Below are positions 39,035-51,800 of a stretch of 64,000 bases of DNA, one piece after another. Below the pieces are notes generated by a model, which searched no databases, was not told the origin of the DNA, and worked only from the letters and a program-made list of their open reading frames with translations. The position numbers and the translations under genes were made by a program. The first letter of the stretch is position 1, and each line of letters begins with the position of its first letter. Source of the DNA: the human T2T-CHM13v2.0 reference genome, Homo sapiens; the NCBI RefSeq assembly GCF_009914755.1, contig NC_060929.1. One strand, written 5' to 3'.

Positions 39035-42000
39035 TTAGACAGAGCAGATTTGAAACACTCTTTTTGTGCAATTGGCAAGTGGAGATTTCAAGCGCTTTAA
39101 GGTCAATGGCAGAAAAGGAAATATCTTCGTTTCAAAACTAGACAGAATCATTCCCACAAACTGCGTTGTGATGTGTTCGTTCATCTCACAGAGTTTAACC
39201 TTTCTTTTCATAGAGCAGTTAGGAAACACTCTGTTTGTAAATTCTGTAAGTGGATATTCTGACATCTTGTGGCCTTCGTTGGAAACGGGATTTCTTCATA
39301 TTCTGCTAGACAGAAGAATTCTCAGAATCTTCCTTGTGTTGTGTGTATTCAACTCACACAGTTGAACGATGGTTTACACAGAGCAGATTTGAAACACTCT
39401 TTTTGTGGAATTTGCAAGTGGAGATTTCAGCCGCTTTGAGGTCAATGGTAGAAAAGGAAATATCTTCGTATAAAAACTAGACAGAATGATTCTCAGAAAC
39501 TTCTTGGTGATGTGTGCGTTCAACTCACAGAGTTTAACCTTTCTTTTCATAGAGCAGTTAGGAAACACTCTGTTTGTAAACTCTGCAAGTGGATATTCAG
39601 ACCTCTTTGAGGCCTTCGTTGGAAACGGGATTTCTTCATACTGTGCTAGACAGAAGAATTCTCAGTAACTTCCTTGTGTTGTGTGTATTCAACTCACAGA
39701 GTTGAACGATCCTTTACACAGAGCAGACTTGAAACACTCTTTTTGTGGAATTTGCAAGTGGAGATTTCAGCCGCGTTGAGGTCAATGGTAGAAAAGGAAA
39801 TATCTTCGTATAAAAACTAGACAGAATGTTTCTCAGAAACTCCTTTGAGATGTGTGTGTTCAACTCACAGAGTTTAACCTTTCTTTTCATAGAGCAGTTA
39901 GGAATCACTCTGTTTGTAAAGTCTGCAAGTGGATATTCAGACCTCTTTGAGGCCTTCGTTGGAAACGGGTTTTTTTCATATAAGGCTAGACAGAAGAATT
40001 CCCAGTAACTTCCTTGTGTTGTGTGTGTTCAACTCACAGAGTTGAACTTTCATTTACACAGAGCAGATTTGAAACACTCTTTTTGTGGAATTTGCAGGTG
40101 GAGATTTCAAGCGCTTTGAGGCCAAAGGCAGAAAAGGAAATATCTTCGTATAAAAACTAGACAGAATCATTCTCAGAAACTGCTCTGCGATGTGTGCGTT
40201 CAACTCTCAGAGTTTAACTTTTCTTTTCATTCAGCAGTTTGGAAACACTCTGTTTGTAAAGTCTGCACGTGGATAATTTGACCACTTAGAGGCCTTCGTT
40301 GGAAACGGGTTTTTTTCATGTAAGGCTAGACAGAAGAATTCTCAGTAACTTCCTTGTGTTGTGTGTATTCAACTCACAGAGTTGAACGATCCTTTACACA
40401 GAGCAGACTTGTAACACTCTTTTTGTGGAATTTGCAAGTGGAGATTTCAGCCGCTTTGAAGTCAAAGGTAGAAAAGGAAATATCTTCCTATAAAAACTAG
40501 ACAGAATGATTCTCAGAAACTCCTTTGTGATGTGTGCGTTCAACTCACAGAGTTTAACCTTTCTTTTCATAGAGCAGTTAGGAAACACTCTGCTTGTAAA
40601 GTCTGCAAGTGGATATTCAGCCCTCTTTGAGGCCTTCGTTGGAAACGGGTTTTTTTCATATAAGGCTAGACAGAAGAATTCCCAGTAACTTCCTTGTGTT
40701 GTGTGTGTTCAACTCACAGAGTTGAACTTTGATTTACACAGAGCAGATTTGAAACACTCTTTTTGTGGAATTTGCAAGTGGAGATTTCAAGCGCTTTGAG
40801 GCCAAAGGCAGAAAAGGAAATATCTTCGTATAAAACTAGACAGAATCATTCTCAGAAACTGCTCTGCGATGTGTGCGTTCAACTCTCAGAGTTTAACTTT
40901 TCTTTTCATTCAGCAGTTTGGAAACACTCTGTTTGTAAAGTCTGCACGTGGATATTTTGACCACTTAGAGGCCTTCGTTGGAAACGGGTTTTTTTCCTGT
41001 AAGGCTAGACAGAAGAATTCCCAGTAACTTCCTTGTGTTGTGTACATTCAACTCACAGAGTTGAACGTTCCCTTAGACAGAGCAGATTTGAAACACTCTT
41101 TTTGTGCAATTGGCAAGTGGAGATTTCAAGCGCTTTAAGGTCAATGGCAGAAAAGGAAATATCTTCGTTTCAAAACTAGACAGAATCATTCCCACAAACT
41201 GCGTTGTGATGTGTTCGTTCATCTCACAGAGTTTAACCTTTCTTTTCATAGAGCAGTTAGGAAACACTCTGTTTGTAAATTCTGTAAGTGGATATTCTGA
41301 CATCTTGTGGCCTTCGTTGGAAACGGGATTTCTTCATATTCTGCTAGACAGAAGAATTCTCAGAATCTTCCTTGTGTTGTGTGTATTCAACTCACACAGT
41401 TGAACGATGGTTTACACAGAGCAGATTTGAAACACTCTTTTTGTGGAATTTGCAAGTGGAGATTTCAGCCGCTTTGAGGTCAATGGTAGAAAAGGAAATA
41501 TCTTCGTATAAAAACTAGACAGAATGATTCTCAGAAACTTCTTTGTGATGTGTGCGTTCAACTCACAGAGTTTAACCTTTCTTTTCATAGAGCAGTTAGG
41601 AAACACTCTGTTTGTAAACTCTGCAAGTGGATATTCAGACCTCTGTGAGGCCTTCGTTGGAAACGGGATTTCTTCATACTGTGCTAGACAGAAGAATTCT
41701 CAGTAACTTCCTTGTGTTGTGTGTATTCAACTCACAGAGTTGAACGATCCTTTACACAGAGCAGACTTGAAACACTCTTTTTGTGGAATTTGCAAGTGGA
41801 GATTTCAGCCGCGTTGAGGTCAATGGTAGAAAAGGAAATATCTTCGTATAAAAACTAGACAGAATGATTCTCAGAAACTCCTTTGAGATGTGTGTGTTCA
41901 ACTCACAGAGTTTAACCTTTCTTTTCATAGAGCAGTTAGGAATCACTCTGTTTGTAAAGTCTGCAAGTGGATATTCAGACCTCTTTGAGGCCTTCGTTGG

Positions 42001-44810
42001 AAACGGGTTTTTTTCACATAAGGCTAGACAGAAGAATTCCCAGTAACTTCCTTGTGTTGTGTGTGTTCAACTCACAGAGTTGAACTTTCATTTACACAGA
42101 GCAGATTTGAAACACTCTTTTTGTGGAATTTGCAAATGGAGATTTCAAGCGCTTTGAGGCCAAAGGCAGAAAAGGAAATATCTTCGTATAAAAACTAGAC
42201 AGAATCATTCTCAGAAACTGCTCTGCGATGTGTGCGTTCAACTCTCAGAGTTTAACTTTGCTTTTCATTCAGCAGTTTGGAAACACTCTGTTTGTAAAGT
42301 CTGCACGTGGATAATTTGACCACTTAGAGGCCTTCGTTGGAAACGGGTTTTTTTCATGTAAGGCTAGACAGAAGAATTCTCAGTAACTTCCTTGTGTTGT
42401 GTGTATTCAACTCACACAGTTGAACGATCCTTTACACAGAGCAGACTTGTAACACTCTTTTTGTGGAATTTGCAAGTGGAGATTTCAGCCGCTTTGAAGT
42501 CAAATGTAGAAAAGGAAATATCTTCCTATAAAAACTAGACAGAATGATTCTCAGAAACTCCTTTGTGATGTGTGCGTTCAACTCACAGAGTTTAACCTTT
42601 CTTTTCATAGAGCAGTTAGGAAACACTCTGTTTGTAAAGTCTGCAAGTGGATATTCAGACCTCTTTGAGGCCTTCGTTGGAAACGGGTTTTTTTCATATA
42701 AGGCTAGACAGAAGAATTCCCAGTAACTTCCTTGTGTTGTGTGTGTTCAACTCACAGAGTTGAACTTTCATTTACACAGAGCAGATTTGAAACACTCTTT
42801 TTGTGGAATTTGCAAGTGGAGATTTCAAGCGCTTTGAGGCCAAAGGCAGAAAAGGAAATATCTTCGTATAAAAACTAGACAGAATCATTCTCAGAAACTG
42901 CTCTGCGATGTGTGCGTTCAACTCTCAGAGTTTAACTTTTCTTTTCATTCAGCAGTTTGGAAACACTCTGTTTGTAAAGTCTGCACGTGGATATTTTGAC
43001 CACTTAGAGGCCTTCGTTGGAAACGGGTTTTTTTCCTGTAAGGCTAGACAGAAGAATTCCCAGTAACTTCCTTGTGTTGTGTACATTCAACTCACAGAGT
43101 TGAACGTTCCCTTAGACAGAGCAGATTTGAAACACTCTTTTTGTGCAATTGGCAAGTGGAGATTTCAAGCGCTTTAAGGTCAATGGCAGAAAAGGAAATA
43201 TCTTCGTTTCAAAACTAGACAGAATCATTCCCACAAACTGCGTTGTGATGTGTTCGTTCATCTCACAGAGTTTAACCTTTCTTTTCATAGAGCAGTTAGG
43301 AAACAGTCTGTTTGTAAATTCTGTAAGTGGATATTCTGACATCTTGTGGCCTTCGTTGGAAACGGGATTTCTTCATATTCTGCTAGACAGAAGAATTCTC
43401 AGAATCTTCCTTGTGTTGTGTGTATTCAACTCACAGAGTTGAACGATGGTTTACACAGAGCAGATTTGAAACACTCTTTTTGTGGAATTTGCAAGTGGAG
43501 ATTTCAGCCGCTTTGAGGTCAATGGTAGAAAAGGAAATATCTTCCTATAAAAACTAGACAGAATGATTCTCAGAAACTCCTTTGTGATGTGTGCGTTCAA
43601 CTCACAGAGTTTAACCTTTCTTTTCATAGAGCAGTTAGGAAACACTCTGTTTGTAAAGTCTGCAAGTGGATATTCAGACCTCTTTGAGGCCTTCGTTGGA
43701 AACGGGTTTTTTTCATATAAGGCTAGACAGAAGAATTCCCAGTAACTTCCTTGTGTTGTGTGTGTTCAACTCACAGAGTTGAACTTTCATTTACACAGAG
43801 CAGATTTGAAACACTCTTTTTGTGGAATTTGCAGGTGGAGATTTCAAGCGCTTTGAGGCCAAAGGCAGAAAAGGAAATATCTTCGTATAAAAACTAGACA
43901 GAATCATTCTCAGAAACTGCTCTGCGATGTGTGCGTTCAACTCTCAGAGTTTAACTTTTCTTTTCATTCAGCAGTTTGGAAACACTCTGTTTGTAAAGTC
44001 TGCACGTGGATAATTTGACCACTTAGAGGCCTTCGTTGGAAACGGGTTTTTTTCATGTAAGGCTAGACAGAAGAATTCTCAGTAACTTCCTTGTGTTGTG
44101 TGTATTCAACTCACAGAGTTGAACGATCCTTTACACAGAGCAGACTTGTAACACTCTTTTTGTGGAATTTGCAAGTGGAGATTTCAGCCGCTTTGAAGTC
44201 AAAGGTAGAAAAGGAAATATCTTCCTATAAAAACTAGACAGAATGATTCTCAGAAACTCCTTTGTGATGTGTGCGTTCAACTCACAGAGTTTAACCTTTC
44301 TTTTCATAGAGCAGTTAGGAAACACTCTGCTTGTAAAGTCTGCAAGTGGATATTCAGCCCTCTTTGAGGCCTTCGTTGGAAACGGGTTTTTTTCATATAA
44401 GGCTAGACAGAAGAATTCCCAGTAACTTCCTTGTGTTGTGTGTGTTCAACTCACAGAGTTGAACTTTGATTTACACAGAGCAGATTTGAAACACTCTTTT
44501 TGTGGAATTTGCAAGTGGAGATTTCAAGCGCTTTGAGGCCAAAGGCAGAAAAGGAAATATCTTCGTATAAAAACTAGACAGAATCATTCTCAGAAACTGC
44601 TCTGCGATGTGTGCGTTCAACTCTCAGAGTTTAACTTTTCTTTTCATTCAGCAGTTTGGAAACACTCTGTTTGTAAAGTCTGCACGTGGATATTTTGACC
44701 ACTTAGAGGCCTTCGTTGGAAACGGGTTTTTTTCCTGTAAGGCTAGACAAAAGAATTCCCAGTAACTTCCTTGTGTTGTGTACATTCAACTCACAGAGTT
44801 GAACGTTCCC

Positions 44811-45830
44811 TTAGACAGAGCAGATTTGAAACACTCTTTTTGTGCAATTGGCAAGTGGAGATTTCAAGCGCTTTAAGGTCAATGGCAGAAAAGGAAATAT
44901 CTTCGTTTCAAAACTAGACAGAATCATTCCCACAAACTGCGTTGTGATGTGTTCGTTCATCTCACAGAGTTTAACCTTTCTTTTCATAGAGCAGTTAGGA
45001 AACACTCTGTTTGTAAACTCTGCAAGTGGATATTCAGACCTCTGTGAGGCCTTCGTTGGAAACGGGATTTCTTCATACTGTGCTAGACAGAAGAATTCTC
45101 AGTAACTTCCTTGTGTTGTGTGTATTCAACTCACAGAGTTGAACGATCCTTTACACAGAGCAGACTTGAAACACTCTTTTTGTGGAATTTGCAAGTGGAG
45201 ATTTCAGCCGCGTTGAGGTCAATGGTAGAAAAGGAAATATCTTCGTATAAAAACTAGACAGAATGATTCTCAGAAACTCCTTTGAGATGTGTGTGTTCAA
45301 CTCACAGAGTTTAACCTTTCTTTTCATAGAGCAGTTAGGAATCACTCTGTTTGTAAAGTCTGCAAGTGGATATTCAGACCTCTTTGAGGCCTTCGTTGGA
45401 AACGGGTTTTTTTCACATAAGGCTAGACAGAAGAATTCCCAGTAACTTCCTTGTGTTGTGTGTGTTCAACTCACAGAGTTGAACTTTCATTTACACAGAG
45501 CAGATTTGAAACACTCTTTTTGTGGAATTTGCAAATGGAGATTTCAAGCGCTTTGAGGCCAAAGGCAGAAAAGGAAATATCTTCGTATAAAAACTAGACA
45601 GAATCATTCTCAGAAACTGCTCTGCGATGTGTGCGTTCAACTCTCAGAGTTTAACTTTTCTTTTCATTCAGCAGTTTGGAAACACTCTGTTTGTAAAGTC
45701 TGCACGTGGATATTTTGACCACTTAGAGGCCTTCGTTGGAAACGGGTTTTTTTCCTGTAAGGCTAGACAGAAGAATTCCCAGTAACTTCCTTGTGTTGTG
45801 TACATTCAACTCACAGAGTTGAACGTTCCC
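44811..45830 (+). repeat. 6-monomer HOR variant beginning with an X/Y chimeric dimer, 1020 bp
   Basis: X-type sequence runs to ~44960 and Y-type (AAACTCTGC, CTCTGTGAGG, CATACTGTGC) from ~45015. The ORF 44842..45105 is the matching chimera. Confidence 0.85.
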
Positions 45831-48800
45831 TTAGACAGAGCAGATTTGAAACACTCTTTTTGTGCAATTGGCAAGTGGAGATTTCAAGCGCTTTAAGGTC
45901 AATGGCAGAAAAGGAAATATCTTCGTTTCAAAACTAGACAGAATCATTCCCACAAACTGCGTTGTGATGTGTTCGTTCATCTCACAGAGTTTAACCTTTC
46001 TTTTCATAGAGCAGTTAGGAAACAGTCTGTTTGTAAATTCTATAAGTGGATATTCTGACATCTTGTGGCCTTCGTTGGAAACGGGATTTCTTCATATTCT
46101 GCTAGACAGAAGAATTCTCAGAATCTTCCTTGTGTTGTGTGTATTCAACTCACAGAGTTGAACGATGGTTTACACAGAGCAGATTTGAAACACTCTTTTT
46201 GTGGAATTTGCAAGTGGAGATTTCAGCCGCTTTGAGGTCAATGGTAGAAAAGGGAATATCTTCCTATAAAAACTAGACAGAATGATTCTCAGAAACTCCT
46301 TTGTGATGTGTGCGTTCAACTCACAGAGTTTAACCTTTCTTTTCATAGAGCAGTTAGGAAACACTCTGTTTGTAAACTCTGCAAGTGGATATTCAGACCT
46401 CTTTGAGGCCTTCGTTGGAAACGGGATTTCTTCATACTGTGCTAGACAGAAGAATTCTCAGTAACTTCCTTGTGTTGTGTGTATTCAACTCACAGAGTTG
46501 AACGATCCTTTACACAGAGCAGACTTGGAACACTCTTTTTGTGGAATTTGCAAGTGGAGATTTCTGCCGCGTTGAGGTCAATGGTAGAAAAGGAAATATC
46601 TTCGTATAAAAACTAGACAGAATGATTCTCAGAAACTCCTTTGAGATGTGTGTGTTCAACTCACAGTTTAACCTTTCTTTTCATAGAGCAGTTAGGAATC
46701 ACTCTGTTTGTAAAGTCTGCAAGTGGATATTCAGACCTCTTTGAGGCCTTCGTTGGAAACGGGTTTTTTTCATATAAGGCTAGACAGAAGAATTCCCAGT
46801 AACTTCCTTGTGTTGTGTGTGTTCAACTCACAGAGTTGAACTTTCATTTACACAGAGCAGATTTGAAACACTCTTTTTGTGGAATTTGCAAGTGGAGATT
46901 TCAAGCGCTTTGAGGCCAAAGGCAGAAAAGGAAATATCTTCGTATAAAAACTAGACAGAATCATTCTCAGAAACTGCTCTGCGATGTGTGCGTTCAACTC
47001 TCAGAGTTTAACTTTTCTTTTCATTCAGCAGTTTGGAAACACTCTGTTTGTAAAGTCTGCACGTGGATATTTTGACCACTTAGAGGCCTTCGTTGGAAAC
47101 GGGCTTTTTCCTGTAAGGCTAGACAGAAGAATTCCCAGTAAATTCCTTGTGTTGTGTACATTCAACTCACAGAGTTGAACGTTCCCTTAGACAGAGCAGA
47201 TTTGAAACACTCTTTTTGTGCAATTGGCAAGTGGAGATTTCAAGCGCTTTAAGGTCAATGGCAGAAAAGGAAATATCTTCGTTTCAAAACTAGACAGAAT
47301 CATTCCCACAAACTGCGTTGTGATGTGTTCGTTCATCTCACAGAGTTTAACCTTTCTTTTCATAGAGCAGTTAGGAAACACTCTGTTTGTAAATTCTGTA
47401 AGTGGATATTCTGACATCTTGTGGCCTTCGTTGGAAACGGGATTTCTTCATATTCTGCTAGACAGAAGAATTCTCAGAATCTTCCTTGTGTTGTGTGTAT
47501 TCAACTCACACAGTTGAACGATGGTTTACACAGAGCAGATTTGAAACACTCTTTTTGTGGAATTTGCAAGTGGAGATTTCAGCCGCTTTGAGGTCAATGG
47601 TAGAAAAGGAAATATCTTCGTATAAAAACTAGACAGAATGATTCTCAGAAACTCCTTTGTGATGTGTGCGTTCAACTCACAGAGTTTAACCTTTCTTTTC
47701 ATAGAGCAGTTAGGAAACACTCTGTTTGTAAACTCTGCAAGTGGATATTCAGACCTCTTTGAGGCCTTCGTTGGAAACGGGATTTCTTCATACTGTGCTA
47801 GACAGAAGAATTCTCAGTAACTTCCTTGTGTTGTGTGTATTCAACTCACAGAGTTGAACGATCCTTTACACAGAGTAGACTTGGAACACTCTTTTTGTGG
47901 AATTTGCAAGTGGAGATTTCTGCCGCGTTGAGGTCAATGGTAGAAAAGGAAATATCTTCGTATAAAAACTAGACAGAATGATTCTCAGAAACTCCTTTGA
48001 GATGTGTGTGTTCAACTCACAGTTTAACCTTTCTTTTCATAGAGCAGTTAGGAATCACTCTGTTTGTAAAGTCTGCAAGTGGATATTCAGACCTCTTTGA
48101 GGCCTTCGTTGGAAACGGGTTTTTTTCATATAAGGCTAGACAGAAGAATTCCCAGTAACTTCCTTGTGTTGTGTGTGTTCAACTCACAGAGTTGAACTTT
48201 CATTTACACAGAGCAGATTTGAAACACTCTTTTTGTGGAATTTGCAAGTGGAGATTTCAGCCGCTTTGAAGTCAAATGTAGAAAAGGAAATATCTTCCTA
48301 TAAAAACTAGACAGAATGATTCTCAGAAACTCCTTTGTGATGTGTGCGTTCAACTCACAGAGTTTAACCTTTCTTTTCATAGAGCAGTTAGGAAACACTC
48401 TGTTTGTAAAGTCTGCAAGTGGATATTCAGACCTCTTTGAGGCCTTCGTTGGAAACGGGTTTTTTTCATATAAGGCTAGACAGAAGAATTCCCAGTAACT
48501 TCCTTGTGTTGTGTGTGTTCAACTCACAGAGTTGAACTTTCATTTACACAGAGCAGATTTGAAACACTCTTTTTGTGGAATTTGCAAGTGGAGATTTCAA
48601 GCGCTTTGAGGCCAAAGGCAGAAAAGGAAATATCTTCGTATAAAAACTAGACAGAATCATTCTCAGAAACTGCTCTGCGATGTGTGCGTTCAACTCTCAG
48701 AGTTTAACTTTTCTTTTCATTCAGCAGTTTGGAAACACTCTGTTTGTAAAGTCTGCACGTGGATATTTTGACCACTTAGAGGCCTTCGTTGGAAACGGGT

Positions 48801-51800
48801 TTTTTTCCTGTAAGGCTAGACAGAAGAATTCCCAGTAACTTCCTTGTGTTGTGTACATTCAACTCACAGAGTTGAACGTTCCCTTAGACAGAGCAGATTT
48901 GAAACACTCTTTTTGTGCAATTGGCAAGTGGAGATTTCAAGCGCTTTAAGGTCAATGGCAGAAAAGGAAATATCTTCGTTTCAAAACTAGACAGAATCAT
49001 TCCCACAAACTGCGTTGTGATGTGTTCGTTCATCTCACAGAGTTTAACCTTTCTTTTCATAGAGCAGTTAGGAAACAGTCTGTTTGTAAATTCTGTAAGT
49101 GGATATTCTGACATCTTGTGGCCTTCGTTGGAAACGGGATTTCTTCATATTCTGCTAGACAGAAGAATTCTCAGAATCTTCCTTGTGTTGTGTGTATTCA
49201 ACTCACAGAGTTGAACGATGGTTTACACAGAGCAGATTTGAAACACTCTTTTTGTGGAATTTGCAAGTGGAGATTTCAGCCGCTTTGAGGTCAATGGTAG
49301 AAAAGGAAATATCTTCCTATAAAAACTAGACAGAATGATTCTCAGAAACTCCTTTGTGATGTGTGCGTTCAACTCACAGAGTTTAACCTTTCTTTTCATA
49401 GAGCAGTTAGGAAACACTCTGTTTGTAAAGTCTGCAAGTGGATATTCAGACCTCTTTGAGGCCTTCGTTGGAAACGGGTTTTTTTCATATAAGGCTAGAC
49501 AGAAGAATTCCCAGTAACTTCCTTGTGTTGTGTGTGTTCAACTCACAGAGTTGAACTTTCATTTACACAGAGCAGATTTGAAACACTCTTTTTGTGGAAT
49601 TTGCAGGTGGAGATTTCAAGCGCTTTGAGGCCAAAGGCAGAAAAGGAAATATCTTCGTATAAAAACTAGACAGAATCATTCTCAGAAACTGCTCTGCGAT
49701 GTGTGCGTTCAACTCTCAGAGTTTAACTTTTCTTTTCATTCAGCAGTTTGGAAACACTCTGTTTGTAAAGTCTGCACGTGGATAATTTGACCACTTAGAG
49801 GCCTTCGTTGGAAACGGGTTTTTTTCATGTAAGGCTAGACAGAAGAATTCTCAGTAACTTCCTTGTGTTGTGTGTGTTCAACTCACAGAGTTGAACTTTC
49901 ATTTACACAGAGCAGATTTGAAACACTCTTTTTGTGGAATTTGCAAGTGGAGATTTCAGCCGCTTTGAAGTCAAATGTAGAAAAGGAAATATCTTCCTAT
50001 AAAAACTAGACAGAATGATTCTCAGAAACTCCTTTGTGATGTGTGCGTTCAACTCACAGAGTTTAACCTTTCTTTTCATAGAGCAGTTAGGAAACACTCT
50101 GTTTGTAAAGTCTGCAAGTGGATATTCAGACCTCTTTGAGGCCTTCGTTGGAAACGGGTTTTTTTCATATAAGGCTAGACAGAAGAATTCCCAGTAACTT
50201 CCTTGTGTTGTGTGTGTTCAACTCACAGAGTTGAACTTTGATTTACACAGAGCAGATTTGAAACACTCTTTTTGTGGAATTTGCAAGTGGAGATTTCAAG
50301 CGCTTTGAGGCCAAAGGCAGAAAAGGAAATATCTTCGTATAAAAACTAGACAGAATCATTCTCAGAAACTGCTCTGCGATGTGTGCGTTCAACTCTCAGA
50401 GTTTAACTTTTCTTTTCATTCAGCAGTTTGGAAACACTCTGTTTGTAAAGTCTGCACGTGGATATTTTGACCACTTAGAGGCCTTCGTTGGAAACGGGTT
50501 TTTTTCCTGTAAGGCTAGACAAAAGAATTCCCAGTAACTTCCTTGTGTTGTGTACATTCAACTCACAGAGTTGAACGTTCCCTTAGACAGAGCAGATTTG
50601 AAACACTCTTTTTGTGCAATTGGCAAGTGGAGATTTCAAGCGCTTTAAGGTCAATGGCAGAAAAGGAAATATCTTCGTTTCAAAACTAGACAGAATCATT
50701 CCCACAAACTGCGTTGTGATGTGTTCGTTCATCTCACAGAGTTTAACCTTTCTTTTCATAGAGCAGTTAGGAAACACTCTGTTTGTAAATTCTGTAAGTG
50801 GATATTCTGACATCTTGTGGCCTTCGTTGGAAACGGGATTTCTTCATATTCTGCTAGACAGAAGAATTCTCAGAATCTTCCTTGTGTTGTGTGTATTCAA
50901 CTCACACAGTTGAACGATGGTTTACACAGAGCAGATTTGAAACACTCTTTTTGTGGAATTTGCAAGTGGAGATTTCAGCCGCTTTGAGGTCAATGGTAGA
51001 AAAGGAAATATCTTCGTATAAAAACTAGACAGAATGATTCTCAGAAACTCCTTTGTGATGTGTGCGTTCAACTCACAGAGTTTAACCTTTCTTTTCATAG
51101 AGCAGTTAGGAAACACTCTGTTTGTAAACTCTGCAAGTGGATATTCAGACCTCTTTGAGGCCTTCGTTGGAAACGGGATTTCTTCATACTGTGCTAGACA
51201 GAAGAATTCTCAGTAACTTCCTTGTGTTGTGTGTATTCAACTCACAGAGTTGAACGATCCTTTACACAGAGCAGACTTGGAACACTCTTTTTGTGGAATT
51301 TGCAAGTGGAGATTTCTGCCGCGTTGAGGTCAATGGTAGAAAAGGAAATATCTTCGTATAAAAACTAGACAGAATGATTCTCAGAAACTCCTTTGAGATG
51401 TGTGTGTTCAACTCACAGTTTAACCTTTCTTTTCATAGAGCAGTTAGGAATCACTCTGTTTGTAAAGTCTGCAAGTGGATATTCAGACCTCTTTGAGGCC
51501 TTCGTTGGAAACGGGTTTTTTTCATATAAGGCTAGACAGAAGAATTCCCAGTAACTTCCTTGTGTTGTGTGTGTTCAACTCACAGAGTTGAACTTTCATT
51601 TACACAGAGCAGATTTGAAACACTCTTTTTGTGGAATTTGCAAGTGGAGATTTCAAGCGCTTTGAGGCCAAAGGCAGAAAAGGAAATATCTTCGTATAAA
51701 AACTAGACAGAATCATTCTCAGAAACTGCTCTGCGATGTGTGCGTTCAACTCTCAGAGTTTAACTTTTCTTTTCATTCAGCAGTTTGGAAACACTCTGTT

